From contig OZ024741.1 of NCBI GenBank assembly GCA_964016885.1, positions 55,986,001 to 56,050,000 of the forward strand: a DNA stretch of 64,000 bases, in the 5' to 3' direction. The DNA is from Eledone cirrhosa. Its lineage: Eukaryota. The notes beneath the pieces are model-generated. The model searched no databases. It was given only the letters and a program-made list of their open reading frames with translations, and was not told the origin of the DNA. Positions 40,531-54,848 of the stretch are shown here, one piece after another. How positions within the stretch are numbered: position 1 is the first letter of the stretch; every line of letters starts with the position of its first letter. The position numbers and the translations under genes are program-made.

Positions 40531-42321
40531 GCATGAACATGACATAGTCACCTGACCTCGCATTGCTCACAACAGGAAAACTCATCTAACCCATGTCAGC
40601 ATGGATAAATGGATGTTAAATGGGGATGATGATGATATATACATACACACACAGAAGGGGCATGTGGTTTTGCTGTCGAAATGGTAGGAGCTCAGCCGTA
40701 GGGCAGAAACTTATTACAATACCTATACTTTACTTAAGTACGAGTGCTAAGCTGAACAATGGTCTTGCTAGTCTTAACTAGTAACCCCTCCATCTATCTG
40801 TCTTGCAATTGTATGTGCATGTTTGTCTCTGATTATGATCATTTATATGATGATGATGATTCACTTAAAGATACAGTGTGTATTATGTCTATTCTCTTAA
40901 TCTGGAGATTAGAAGACAAGGTCAACCAATGGTCAACATCACCCCCTCCCCTCCACATATAAAGTGTGGCACTTCTGGTTGTTGAACCACTACTACTGCT
41001 ACCACCATCACTGTTACCTCAGCTACTATTACTACTGCTACCACTATTACCTTAGCTACTACTATTGCTACAACCATTACTATTACCTCAGCTACTACTA
41101 CCACCACCACTACTACTACCACCACTACTACTACCACCACCACTACTACCACCACCACTACTACTACCACCACTACTGCTACCACCACTACTACTACTAT
41201 TACTGCCACTCTTACTGTGACTACTGCTACCACTAGCCTGAGGGTGCTTTTACATGGAAGCAGGACGAGTTAGATATAGCAGCCAAATATTTTCAAATTC
41301 CACCCCTGACTTACGGGAAGTGATGTAGTATGAAACAAACTGCCTGAAAAGACAGGATGGTCATGGCTGGAGTGCCATTAATCATAGATCTACTGGATGA
41401 TGGCTGGTGGGGGTTGGTGGTAAACAACAACATTACTACCACCACTACTACTACTTCACCAACATTAACTCTGTTGCTACTACTATCATCATCACCACCA
41501 CCACTACTACTACTATTATTATCATCATCATCATCATCATCATGCTACTGCAGCCACTACTTTCACCACCAATACACCCTGCTGCCTCCTGCTACTTCTC
41601 ACATGACTACTATTGCTACTGGAAGCTTCTATCTGGTAGAAATCTCCCCAAATCTCCCTTAAATCAGTCATATTATGGAGAGGGGGAAGGCATAAGATAT
41701 AGTCCTATCTTCCCTCAGACACACTTCCCTCCTAATGACAAGTATGGTCCTTGATCATAGGCCTTGATCTTAGGCCTGCATCATAAGCCTGCTCAATCTA
41801 AGCTGACCCAGATGCATATACTACTACTACTACTACTCCTGCTGCTGTGAACTTCTCTTCCAGCGAGTTTGTGGTTTGATAGATTTGGCTGTTGTTTCTG
41901 ATAGGTCAAGAAACCGTTTATAGGCCTTTATTTATTGTGGAGTTTACTTAAGGATTCAAGTTATGGAGCTGTACAAAAGAGTCACATACATTCCACACTT
42001 GAGCCAGAGATAGCCTCTATATTAATAAATGTGATGATAACCTATGGGAGTATGGCAAGTAAGGGAGACAAATATGGGCATGTTTTAGCCTTATTCTGGC
42101 ATCATTTACTACTACTACCACCACCACCGTTCCCCCACCCCCACTGCTGCTACTACTACAGTTAAGCTTGTGTTAAGATAGTTAATACATGTAACATTAA
42201 AATGTTTACTAGAAATAACTGCTATGATTGCATCACTTGAACTTGAGACTAATTATTTTTGTCATAAATTTAGCAGTTTCACTTCCAAACAATAGCTTTG
42301 TCGTTTCCTCTCCTTATGTAG

Positions 42322-42380
<59 letters not shown>

Positions 42381-43409
42381 CATACACAATCATCATCATC
42401 TGTCCACTGTTCCATGCTCACATGAGTTGGACGTATCTTTTTCAGCACAGCATCTCTCCGTTCATCACATTCCTTTGACATCTCCTCTGTGAGTTTCAGA
42501 TCTCACCACTTCCACTTAAGTCAGGGCTGGATTTATAGTAGAGCAGACGAGGCATTTGCCTCAGACCCCTATCGGCATGGGTAGGGCCTAGTAAGATAGA
42601 TGTGCTCTAGGACTACCAAAGAAAGAGAATGCTATGATTTTATAAGCTTTCCAATTTGGACATGCACCAAGGCCTGGGGCCTGCTACATTCCTCTCTTTC
42701 CTTTTTTTTCCTTTCTTTCTTTCTCTCTCTCCCACTCTTCTCTTTCTCTCTCTCCCACTCTTCTCTTTAACCTTCTCTTGCTTACTGCTCTTGCTGCCAT
42801 TTCTGCCCTAGGGCTATACCTTTCCTTTTAGCTAGTGGCACGTCATTTCAGGGTATGCTTTATCTCACTCTCTGATGTTTCTGTCTGTTCATCTATTCTG
42901 TTTTTGTCGTCACATATGCATCATACTAGCAGAAATGTTTATTTATTTTCTGTTGCACGAACTGGCATAAAAAATTGTTGTCCTCTCAATTAATTTGTGC
43001 GAAACCACAAGCCAGATTGAAAGCTGATGAGGTCAGATGTGTCTGATTATTGTATTGTTTATAACTTTAATCTCGACTCTTATTGTAACCCTAATCTCAA
43101 TTTGTTTTTCTTTCTTTCTCCTTACTTATCAATTCTACATGTCAACACACTCCTCCCTCAATCATCTCTGTTTCATCTACTTGTCACCCACCTCACAACT
43201 TTATTTTTCTCTTTATTGACTACTGACCACTGATTTCTGTCTTTCTGGGTTATTTTAACCTGACTTACAAGCTGTTGTCATTGGCGGTATTTGGGTGTTT
43301 TAACAGTTATTCTTTGCATTCAAGTTTTTTAATTACTTTTATGAATTTCAAATACACTCATGTTTCACCTTGATGATTTTCTAGGCAACTGTGTGTGTGT
43401 GTATTACAT

Positions 43410-43472
<63 letters not shown>

Positions 43473-43474
<2 letters not shown>

Positions 43475-43704
43475 GTGTGAATATGAAAACAAGACGTGTT
43501 GCGTGGTTGCAAATGGGTTACATATGAATAAATTTAGTCCTTCATCAGTGATCTTCCAACCTTCATTGGTATTTCATCGCTTTACGTGTCCCAACGACTT
43601 ACTTTCGCCGTTGCTCGCACCAACCAGAGGTATATGGTCTTTAAAGCGATGAAATACCAATGAAGGTTGGAAGATCACTTATGAAGGACTAAATTTATTC
43701 ATAT
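43473..43704. mobile_element. Palindromic element with degenerate hammerhead-like core
   Basis: 43522-43583 and 43643-43704 are near-perfect inverted arms; minus strand reads CTGATGAAGG...GCAACACGTC; (TA)n on both sides. Confidence 0.7.
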
Positions 43705-45404
43705 ATATATATATAAAGAAAGCATGTGTGTTTGGCATAAATGGTAGTACACTTGTCTGGCAAACAAGATGTGTGTGCTTGGCCCTCTATATGTGCTAAT
43801 GCCTATCTTTTTCCGTTCAGTGGGTTTATATACCTCATTATTATTGAGGTTAACTTTGCCTTTCATCCTTACAGGCATCGATAAAATAAAGTACCAGTAA
43901 TGTACTGGGTAATTGCTGGCCTTGTGCCAAAAGTAGAAACAATTATTATTAAACTATTATATTTAGTCAAATTTCAGTGAAATCTTCTAATTCATATATA
44001 TATGATATTATTCATTTACTACAGACATGAGCAAGATACGGTCACCTGACCCAACTTGCCTCAAACGGGACAACCTGTCTAACCCATGCTAGCATGGTAA
44101 ATAGATGTTAAACGAAGATGATGTTGATGATATATGTATGATATGAATATATGTAATGTCAGACACTGTTGGTGGTAATGTTCTTTAGCCCAAAGTCAGC
44201 TCTAATCTACCAGCCCTATGATTTAAGATATTCCAGTGGTGACCACCCCAGCATTTTTTAATAGTGGTATGGTATGATTTGAGGAAAATTTACCTGTTAT
44301 TTCTAGCAGTTAGTGCAACTGCATGTAGGCTTTGTTGTTGTTTGTAATGGTTAGTTCTAATTCATAATCATGTAATTGCGTTTAACCTTGAGCTGACCAA
44401 CAACCACAAATACTGTATTATTTAATGGATAATCTTTTTCTCAGGTAATAATCATGATTGTAGTGATGTTGGTGATGATGATTATGGTAATTGTAATGGT
44501 GATGATGATGGTGATAGTAATAATTGTGTTAGTGGTATTGGTGGTGATGATGATAGCGGTGGTGGTGGTTTTTTCTTTTAATGCAATTAGAGAACACAGC
44601 AGAGAAGTGTATATATTTCCTATTGTATTATTTGTGGATGACTGCTGACCTTATCTATTGATGAAGATAACAGCACTGTTGGTGTGGTGTAGTGATGGTT
44701 GTGGAGGTTGTTGTTGTGATAGTGGTTGTGGTGGTGTGGCAGTGTTAATGGTGATGGTTTGTAGATGGTGGAGCAGTGTTGATGGGGATGATGGTTGATG
44801 ATGGTGAATGATTTGGGGTGGAGTGGGTGGTTCGGTCTATTAGACAATCATTAATAAGTATATTGATAGATTTTTATAAATGTTAACTCCACACACACAC
44901 ATATTCACACACACACACACACACACGCATTCATATACACACACATTCACTTACACACACCCATTCATAATTCTCCTACTTACTTACCTGCCACTCTCAG
45001 CCTCAACTTTACATTCGTACATATACACACATATACACATATACACCCACAACTACCCATTCATAATGCTTAAGCTTACTCATCCTTACACTCACGCTTA
45101 ATATAAGTAACACCAAGATCATTCTTACCTTACACAAGGTAGTGTAGCTGGCCTCACATATATACACATTTACTGGACTTTGGAATTTACCTCTTCCATA
45201 TCACAGGATCTATACATGTAGCCCACATTTAGTGTCTGCCTTGCACAGGGTGCATGTGAGTGTGTATGACTAATTTGTTTGTATATTCTCACTAAGTAAA
45301 TCTGTATGTGTATATATGTGAATGTGGTGGCAGCATGTATGTGGATATGGATATATGTTTGTGTGTAATTGTCTGTTAATTTAAGTATGTTTGTGTGCAT
45401 ATAA

Positions 45405-45544
<140 letters not shown>

Positions 45545-46319
45545 AAACATTTACACATGCATATAGTTGTCTTTATGTAAATTTGTGTTTGTGTGATTGC
45601 ATGTATGTGGCAAACTATGTCTTTCATTTCTACTACCACCACCACTACACACTTTAAACACCACCCACACAGACACACATATGCCCTTAATTCCCTGATT
45701 CCTTATCCCGTCTCCAACTTCCTCTAACTCACATATCTCTCACTACATCACCTCAACCTTGTATAACTGTTTAGGTGTGTCCACTGTACAGGCACCTCCA
45801 CTTTCACTCAATCTCTCCCTATCACCACCAATATCCACACCATTATCAACCCCACTAATACCACCACCCCTTCACTCAACTGCCACAACCACTATCATCA
45901 ACACAATCATCAATACCACCACCACCACCCCTTCACTCAACTGCCACAACCAGCATCATCATCAACACCACCACCACTCAATGCAAGAACTCCTTCACTC
46001 AATCTCCATCACCACCACCATTGCAATTACTCATTCACTCAACATCCATCAATATCACCACCCTATATAGTCTCTATTCTTATATTTCTTATTGGGCAGG
46101 GACAGTTGCAAGGGTGTAGTAACTAGATAGCAAAAGAACAAACACTCTCCCTCTTCTTTCCATCTCACCCTCTACAAAAAAAAAAAAAAAAGTACAAAAC
46201 AAACTAACCAAAACCAGACAATGAAGCTGTCGGAAAAGAGCCCCCCAGGTGTTGATGCTGATGATGACATAATCTATGTGTACAAGCCATGTGAACCACT
46301 GATGCTCTATATTTTACAG

Positions 46320-46403
46320 CCACCACTGGTGCAAGCCTGTTTCCACAAGAACCTCGATGAAGTTCGAACTCTCTTGCAACAAAAGACAGAAGTTAATTTT
46401 CAG
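46320..46403 (+). CDS. ANKRD28: PP6 regulatory ankyrin-repeat subunit (ANKRD28/44/52 family), exon
   Basis: ttttacag|PPLVQACFHKNLDEVRTLLQQKTEVNFQ|gtaaag; matches recalled human PSLVQAIFNGDPDEVRALIFKKEDVNFQ. Confidence 0.9.
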
Positions 46404-46509
46404 GTAAAGAATACATTTCTTTTTCTCCTTCTTCCTTGTCTTCTTTCTTCAACTTCTTCTCTGCCCACTTATTCCTGGAAGGATTGTATCAGAAGCAACC
46501 ATCTCTAAT

Positions 46510-46810
46510 TGATCTGGTTGGATCCCAAGCAAAACCAAGCAAACTCATGGATATTATACAACCATCTTGCTCATGGTGGTCTACCTCTGGATCTCCTGCT
46601 GCTTGACTTTGCCCATAAAATCTGTTCTGAGATTCTTTCCTTAGACATTCTAATCACATGTCCTTAGTACCATAGCTGTGATCTCTTGATTTGGAAAAAT
46701 AGCAGCTCTACCTGGAGCTACACACCATATCGACTAATGTTACTCCAAAGACCCTTCAGAGGAACCCTATTTTGGCTGCTTGTATTTGCAATCTTATTCT
46801 TTCAGTCATT
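46510..46810 (-). mobile_element. Degenerate RTE-clade fragment, same family as 2210-2630
   Basis: Reverse-complement similarity, e.g. AGCAGCCAAAATAGGGTTCCTCTGAAGGGTC. Confidence 0.65.
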
Positions 46811-47835
46811 GCAAAATCTCTCATTTTAAATAGTTTATATTTCTCTAAAAATCTTCAATCATAATTTTATATAAAAACCTTTAAGTTATATTCCAGACAC
46901 CAACTAAATAATGTCAGAGTTACATAATCCCTCTAAATTCTTGGTTATTTTTTTATTTGAAATGCATAGAAACTGTATGTCATTAGAAATATGGTAACAA
47001 AAGGCGTTAGCCAAACATACTCTGTGTTTGAAGCATATATAGAACTTCAGCTCTTCTAAGTAATGGTTCAGAAATTGAGCTAAGGGATATCCTAACCCCC
47101 ATCTTAACCCAACCAAGCTTTAAAGCAGTTGTTCTGAAACTGGGGTCTATGATCTGAGTTTGAAATTTCATCACAATCTCTGCCCAGATCTTCTGTGGTA
47201 TTGTAGAGGGAGGCCAAGGAAGACTTGAGCAGAGGTTATGAGAGCTGATCTTAAATCACTGAATCCCACAGTCAGATTAATGAAAGACTGTGACAAGTGG
47301 AGAGATTCTATGCTGGAAAAGACCCATCCAACCCATGCAAGCATGGAAAAATGAATGTAAAAGGATGATGATAATGTTGATATTGGGTATCTATTTTTCT
47401 AAATATAAACATTTCTCTCTTTTTATTGTTATTCTTGCCATGAGTAATTATTCTAGAAGGAGGTCTGTGGAAAAAAAACCATTTAACCCTTTTGATACCC
47501 TGTTGCCTGGTTTTACAATAATAAACTGTTTAATTTAAAGTGTTTATATTTGTCTAAAACCATTCCATCATAATTTTATGTAAGAAACTTTAGATTATAC
47601 TCCAAACACCAGTATAGTAACGAAAAAGTTAGTCATATTACTAAACCTTTCCAAATCCTTGTTTATTTTGAAATTGGTTTTAAAAAAAATCAACAGTATA
47701 TTTCATTAGAAATATAATCCTTCTGGGGCTGTTAAAATAAAATACCAAACAAATACTGGGGAAAATTTAATCAACTTTGCCCTTCCCACAAATTATTTTT
47801 AAAATTAGAAATCAATATTTATTTATTTTTGACAG

Positions 47836-47985
47836 GATGCCGAAAAAAGAAGCCCTATTCATGCAGCAGCCTTCTGTGGTGACCCAGAAATTACTGAACT
47901 TTTGATCCAGAATGGGGCACGTGTTGATACAAAGGACAATCGATGGCTCACCCCACTCCACAGAGCCTGCTGTTCAAAAAATGAT
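47836..47985 (+). CDS. ANKRD28: ANKRD28-family exon
   Basis: ag|DAEKRSPIHAAAFCGD...WLTPLHRACCSKND|gtaagt; 150 nt, phase 0. Confidence 0.95.
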
Positions 47986-48686
47986 GTAAGTACATTAATC
48001 TTCAACTCTGGTTCTCACTTGCATTCTCACCAGGTGTCTCAAACTGAAGGATCTAAATGTGTTATTACATCTTGGGGAAGAGGTACAGCAAGCCAAAAGT
48101 GAGATGAGTGGGTAGGGAGATGATTTCCACCAGTTATAATGCTAATCTGCAATACAGCTGATAAGCTGCTATTTATTTTTTTTTCATCATATGATAGATA
48201 GTGGGATATGTAAATTAGTACAAAATGTAGGGGGACAAATTTTCCATTTCAAATTTTTCTTAATTCTGTTTTTACTTTTGGTAAATTCTCTTTTTTCCAT
48301 TTTATTCTATTTCTGTAATAAATTGCAATATAAATATTAAAATAAAGATAAATTACAAAGTTTTAGTCACAAAAATTGTTCTGCCATGAGCCATAGTAAA
48401 GTAGATTGTGGGCCATATGTTTGTGACATCTGATATAGAACCTGGATATCATATCCCTTCTGTCTCTGGGATACATTTTTGACACTCATTGCTCCAAGTA
48501 CCAGTTGTATACTGGGCACAGACATGGTTGTGTTATGAAATTCACTTCACAATCACATTGTTCAGGGTTTAACCCTTTCAGTACCAACCCAGCTAACACT
48601 GGCTCTGGTTCCATGAAACAAAACTGCCCATCTTAAAGCTATTTGAATTATAATCTTCCAACATAATTTTATGTACTATCTTAATA

Positions 48687-48860
48687 ATTGTTTCTAATCT
48701 GGCACAAGACCAGCAATTATCCTAGTGCATTACTGGTACTTTATTTTATCGACCCCGTAAGAAAGAAAGGCAACGTTAACCTCGGTGGGATTTGAATTCA
48801 GACCGTAAAGAACCGTAACTCTATGCTGCAAAGCATGATGTCCGACTTGGTAAATCCCTC
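48687..48860 (-). mobile_element. SINE family A
   Basis: Reverse-complement match to 866-1060. Confidence 0.75.
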
Positions 48861-49659
48861 CAAGTTTTTCATTAATAAACTGAAATACACACACACACAC
48901 TGTCACTGTTGTTTTTGCGTTGTCATTTCCATTCTGACATGGGCTATACAACACTTTTTGAGGCAATATTTTAAAGTTGGGTGCCACCCAGTCCCAGGCT
49001 CCCAAAATGTGGTTTTGTATTGAGAATGGTTTGTTGCATGGAGAGGGCCTGGCTCCGAAACTGGTGTACTGCTGTGGGAAGGGTTCAAGACAACCATATC
49101 CACCTGTTTCTTCTCATGGTGGTGTCATCCAGTGCGAGGCTCCAAAAACTGTGTTCCTGCTGTGAGCCTGGCTCCCATACTGTGGTTCTGCACCTATGCA
49201 GGGATACAGTGTACCTATTCTAAATTGGATACACATGCACACACACAAATATCATCATTATTTTGACTGCCTCATGTTGCAAAATTATATTTTAAAAAAT
49301 CTGAGGGTTGTGGCAAGTGTTATACAATACAGATTAATTTGATAAAAACATGAAATAAATATAAAATTAATAATAATGGCTTCTAATTTAGTCAGAAAGC
49401 CAGAAATTTTGAGGAAGAGGAAAGTTGTACTTGACTGAAGAATGAAAGAGCCAAAACAAATACTGCAAGGCATTTCGTCTGATGATATAACAATTTTGCT
49501 AATCCACCACTCTCATGAAAATCATCATCATCAGCAGCATTTTACATCCACCTTCCTTGCTAGCGTAGGTTGGATGGGGTGTTATATTTTTAGACTAGAT
49601 TACCATTTTACAAAGTATACTGGATGTATATTATCGAGGTACCGACACTACCACTTTAC

Positions 49660-49865
49660 ACAGGGTACTGGTTGTACTTTATAATGCACCTAACAGTGTA
49701 CTGATTGTACTTTATCATACACCCAGCAGAGTGTACTGGTTGTACTTTATCATGCATCTAACAGTGTCCTGGTTGTACTTTATCATACACCCAGCAGAGT
49801 GTACTGGTTGTACTTTATCATGCATCTAACAGTGTCCTGGTTGTACTTTATCATGTGCCTAACAT
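49660..49865. repeat. Minisatellite with alternating 33/35 bp units (GTGT(A/C)CTGGTTGTACTTTATCAT..)
   Basis: About six units read directly. Confidence 0.8.
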
Positions 49866-50304
49866 AAGCACAAAACCAAAAACTAGTTGGAAGATTAGTT
49901 GACTAAATTGATCCCATTACATGACTATCATATTTTATTGGTCGTAAAGGAGGAAAGCAAATTTGACCATGTTGGGATTTGAATGAGAAGAGCCAGCACA
50001 AATATCATGTTTTCAAAATTTAGCACAAGGCCAGCAATTATGAATTGTAAACATTTGAATTAATCATGTTCTCTTATTTTCTGCTAAATCATTACAAGAT
50101 ATTAAGAGTTAATACTGCAAATTGTTATGAGTATCTGTCCACTAGTAAAGATACTATAAACATTTGAATTAACTCTTTTGTTTTTAGATAATTTCTAATA
50201 AATCATTTCAGAATATTGAGGGTTAATAGCTAATTTTTTTAAATTTTGATGTTTGACTTGTTTTTAATGTTATATTTATTGGTTGTCACATAATTATTTT
50301 CCAG

Positions 50305-50505
50305 GATGTTGTCGAGTGTCTCCTTCGACATAAGGCTGATGTAAATGCAAGAGACAAAAACTGGCAGACGCCTCTCCATGTTGCAGCTGCAAACAATGCT
50401 GTGAAATGTGCAGAATACTTGATACCCATGTTAACCAATGTGAATGTGTCTGATCGTGCTGGCCGCACCAGTTTACATCATGCGGCATTCAACGGACACA
50501 TAAAG
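50305..50505 (+). CDS. ANKRD28: ANKRD28-family exon
   Basis: ag|[30 protein letters not shown]...[19 protein letters not shown]|gtaagg; 201 nt. Confidence 0.96.
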
Positions 50506-51898
50506 GTAAGGAAATAACACCATACATCATCATCAATCATCATCATCATCATCATTGTCATCATCATTGTTTTAACACCTGCTTTACCATGCTGGCATGG
50601 GTTAGATGAGGCTTTTTTGAAGCAGTATTGTACACCCGAATACACTTCTGACTCCAACCATGACATATTTTTAATTATGGTATTTATTCTACTGGTCTTG
50701 TCACATCTAAACACCAAACTGCAGGACATGTTGCTTTTGTGGTATATAAACAAACTGGGAACAGGAAAACATGCATGAACGCACATGCGCCACATACTAC
50801 TGCTGGTATTACAAAGAATGGAAAATAGATGTAAAATGGTGATGATGATGTATGGACACAGATGTGGTCAAATGGTTAAGAAGTTTGTGTCACAATTATG
50901 AGGTCCTGGATTCGATCTCACTGCATGGCAAGTGTGTTTTACCATAACATCGAGTTGACCCACACTTTGTGAGTGAAATTGAGTAGTTGAAGACAATAGA
51001 AGCCCTGTAATTCAAAGGTCTAACTATATTGTGTGTCGCATTGATTCATCATCATCAAATATCCATTTTCCTCACTACTGCCTGTGAATTATATTAATGG
51101 TACATATGTTTTTTGAATACTCAGCCACTTGTGTGCCAATTTTCTGTGTTAGCAAGGATTTGATGTCTCATCACTGATCAAGTCAGTACTTAATCAGAGT
51201 GACTGGTTGCTCAAATGAATTGGAACCAATCTCACATATGTTCTCGCACTTTATAGAGTGAGAAACTCTGCGCAATCCTGGGACAAGCATTAAGAAGGTT
51301 GTCATGTCTTTGATTTAACTGAAGGGACCTCTCTACCCTTGGTTTGGCAAATTTTCCATGGCTAGAAGCCCAGTCTATCACCAACCACTTTACGGAGCGT
51401 ACCAGGTGTGTTTTATCGTGACACTAACATGAGGGAGGTTACTGTATCCCTGATGCACTGAAGAATCTTCTTAATTTTTTTTTTTGCCATGGTTTCTACA
51501 GCTGGATGTCCTTCCTATCACCAACCACCTTACAGGGAGTATTGGGTGGTTTTACACTATATGTTTATATGTATCCATGTTGGATAGAATGCTTTGTGCT
51601 ATTCATTCCAACTCTCTGCACTCTTGAGTTCAAATCCAGCCTTTCATCCTTTTGAGATTAATAAAGTACCATTCCAGAACTGAGGTCGATTCTGCCTCTC
51701 GATCTCTTTTTCATTTTTTGTTTTTATTTCATCTATCTTACTCTCTTTCCATTCCTGAAAGAAACAGACTGTGTTCAGACCTGGAGAGGAGCACTCCATT
51801 AGGAGTTATGGGTCCATGTATGTTAAACAAAATATTCCTCTTGCTTCATTTATCTCTCTTCTTCTGACTTCCTTTTCCTCAACTTTTACTTTATGTAG

Positions 51899-52051
51899 AT
51901 GTTGCAGCTGCTGCTTGAGAAAGGTGCAACAATAAATGCTTTCGACAAGAAGGACCGTAGAGCCATCCACTGGGCTGCATACATGGGACATGTAGACATG
52001 GTTCAGATGTTAGTGGAACACAATGCTGAGGTCAACTGTCGCGACAAACTG
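51899..52051 (+). CDS. ANKRD28: ANKRD28-family exon
   Basis: ag|MLQLLLEKGATINAFDKKDRRAIHWAAYMGH...CRDKL|gtaagc; 153 nt. Confidence 0.96.
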
Positions 52052-52059
52052 GTAAGCTG

Positions 52060-52400
52060 CAATGTCTCTGCCCATTTTTAATGCCTTCCACAATGTCTCT
52101 GCCCATTTTTGATGCCTTCCACAATGTCTCTGCTCCTTTTAATGCCTTCCGCAATGTCTCTGCCCCCTTTTAATGCCTTCCGCAATGTCTCTGCCCCCTT
52201 TTAATGCCTTCCACAATGTCTCTGCCCCTTTTGATGTCATCCGCAATGTCTTCACCCACTTTTGATGTCATCCACAATGTCTCCACCCACTTTTGATGTC
52301 ATTCACAGTGTCTCCACCCACTTTTGATGCCCTCAACAATATCTCTGCCCCCTTTTGATGACTACCACACTGTATCCTCCCCTCTTTTGATCTCTTCCAC
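52060..52400. repeat. ~30 bp minisatellite (CAATGTCTCTGCCC..TTT(A/G)ATGCCTTCC.)
   Basis: About 10-11 units, diverging toward the 3' end and starting just after the exon donor. Confidence 0.9.
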
Positions 52401-53164
52401 AAAGTCCCCACCTCGTTTTCGTGATGACCACAATATGTCTACCACTTTTTGGTGACCATCTCCAGGCTTGAAATTTGCAGCTTGCACTACAGCTTCCCTC
52501 CATCAAATGATTGAATATGTATGTTGGATTAGTCATGTATCATTATTCAGTCTATATGAATGTCATCAGCATCATAAAAGAGCTAGAAACATATACCACC
52601 CTAGAAAAAGGACTTTATTTATCGAACACAGATACACAAAGTTTTCTGTGGTGTTATTTGAACTTGGAATGTAACAGGCCAATTTGTCCAATACTCTAAT
52701 GCTTCTATCAATTTGCTGTCATATTAGGCTTTTCTGAAGAAGACGACCTTTGATAGACTAGCTAGTTATTCATAATGGTGATTAATCTTTTCTGTCTGTC
52801 TTTGTGTTTCAATGAAAATCAAGAGTTGAATTCCGATCAACTGTCTGTTATGTAAAGCAAGGCTAAAGTGATGGATTAAGGTCACAGCTTAGATTAGGAT
52901 TTACTTAAAAGTGTCTTTTAACAAGATTATAATCTCATTACTAAGTACCCCCCAACTATATTCAGTTGTATGCAGTCTCTGCAATATTTAGCTCAGACAA
53001 GCTCTGTGGTTAAGAAATTTGCTTTATAACCATGGAATTTTGAATTCAGTCCCATTGTGTGGCACCTTGAGCAAGTGTCTTTTACTGTAGCCTTGGGATA
53101 ATCAATGCCTTGTGAATTTGGTAGAATTTGGAAACTGTGGAGGTCTGCCATGTATGTGTATTAG

Positions 53165-53412
53165 TGTGTGTGTGTCATCATCATCATATTTATTAAATTG
53201 ACCTTTCAATGCTGGCATTGGCTAGATAGAATGTTTTACAGCTGGATGTCCTTCCTAAATCAACCCTTTTAGTCATTTCTTAAAACACACAGGGATACAG
53301 TGTACCTATGTGTTTTAAGAAATGACTAAAAGGGTTGTTGTTAGGAAGGGTATCCACCTATAAAACAGCATGGAAAGGTTAATTTTAAAATGATGATGAT
53401 GATGACACACAC
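53165..53412. repeat. Local fold-back inverted duplication of an RTE-tail repeat
   Basis: CAACCCTTTTAGTCATTTCTTAAAACACA pairs with TGTGTTTTAAGAAATGACTAAAAGGGTTG; the outer (CAT)n/(GAT)n and GT/AC flanks are also mirrored. Confidence 0.8.
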
Positions 53413-54848
53413 AAGGCATTGGCCATCCCGGGTCTTAATAATTATATTAAAATTCATCTTATAAACTCGAGTTGCTCTCTATCTTGGATATCCCTACTTA
53501 ACTATTACCACTATATATATATATAAATAACAAAGGAGTTGTGGTAAGGAACCAGATGGACCATACAGAGTACTCAATACTTAGGGTAGTAGAGTGTGTA
53601 ATAGGAAAATGTATATACATTTTCATATATATATATATATATATCCGACCCAACTTGTCTCTAAATGGGACAAACCTGTCTAGCCCATGCTTGCATGGAA
53701 GAATGATGTTAATAAATAATTTGTGTCATCATCATTTTGACATCAACCTTTCCATGCTGGCATTGGTTGGGTGGGATGTTTTGAGGCAATGTTTTACAGC
53801 TGGATGTTCTTCCTAACATCAACCTTGTTAGTTGCTTCTTATGATACACAGGGATACAATGCACCTATTCTAAACATAGTGTGTGTGTTCATGACATGTA
53901 AGCAAGCTGTGTATTTTGTTTGTCTTACTTAAACATGTCCCACTGTTGAAATCAGACTAACACCATATTTAAAAACAAAGTATTGATTGGCATTAGGAAA
54001 AACATCCAACCAAAGAATGTCTCAAAAATCTCATCACACTCATGCCAACATGGAAAAATAGATTTAAAAATGACAACTGTGATGTTGTTTAACCCCAGGC
54101 CAACCCTAAATGAGTAGACATATGATCAAAGGTGTTCCAACCATTAACTAAAGTATTCTCTCGTGTTCTTTTTTTTTTTTAGATAGTAGTTTGAGGGAAG
54201 TTTGCTGCTATTTCTAGCAAGTCAAATATTCACATAGAACAGGTCTTAAACGTGCTACAAAAAGTATCTAGTTATTGTTCTAATTTTTTTTAAAATGTAG
54301 TAATCTAAATCTGTAGAAAATCCATACTAATGCTTGAGTGTATGGGAAAAATATTATTGATAATTTAGTTATATATGGCAGTGAATTGGTCAAGTCATTA
54401 AAACGTTGAATAGAATGCTTTGTGGTATTTGTTCTATCTCTCTGAGGTCAACTTTGCTTTTCCTCCTTTTGAGATGTATGTGGCGTACATAATATCTGGT
54501 GTATAATACCCATGAAATACAATGAAATAGAAAAAAACGGAATTTATCAGAAGTCAAAATGGAATTAAGGGTAATTTGAAATGGAAAATTTGTCCTTCTA
54601 CCTTTTTTGTACTAATTCACATGCTTTAGTATGCTTATATATTTTGATGATAAATAAATAGCAGCCTATCAGCTGTATTTCAGATTAGCATTATAACTTG
54701 TGTAAATCATGCCTCCCTCCACTTCATTTCACCTTGCCCCCCAAGGATATAATAGCTATTTTGAGGTCTTCAGTTTGGGAACCCTGCTCTAAATGTTCTT
54801 CTCTCAAATGTCTTTCTTCTAATTCTTCTGTTGTTTATCATATTTCAG

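Noticed and set aside
42996-43035. GAAAC...CTGATGA as a type II hammerhead
   Set aside because: The required stems do not pair.
44426-44450. Candidate ANKRD28 exon 1 (ATG...CAG|GTAATA; similar at 766-790)
   Set aside because: Wrong phase for joining to 46320, and no similarity to the expected N-terminus.
52060-52400. CRISPR-like array of ~30-bp repeats (also 49660-49865)
   Set aside because: No unique spacers, no cas genes, and located in a eukaryotic intron; these are minisatellites.
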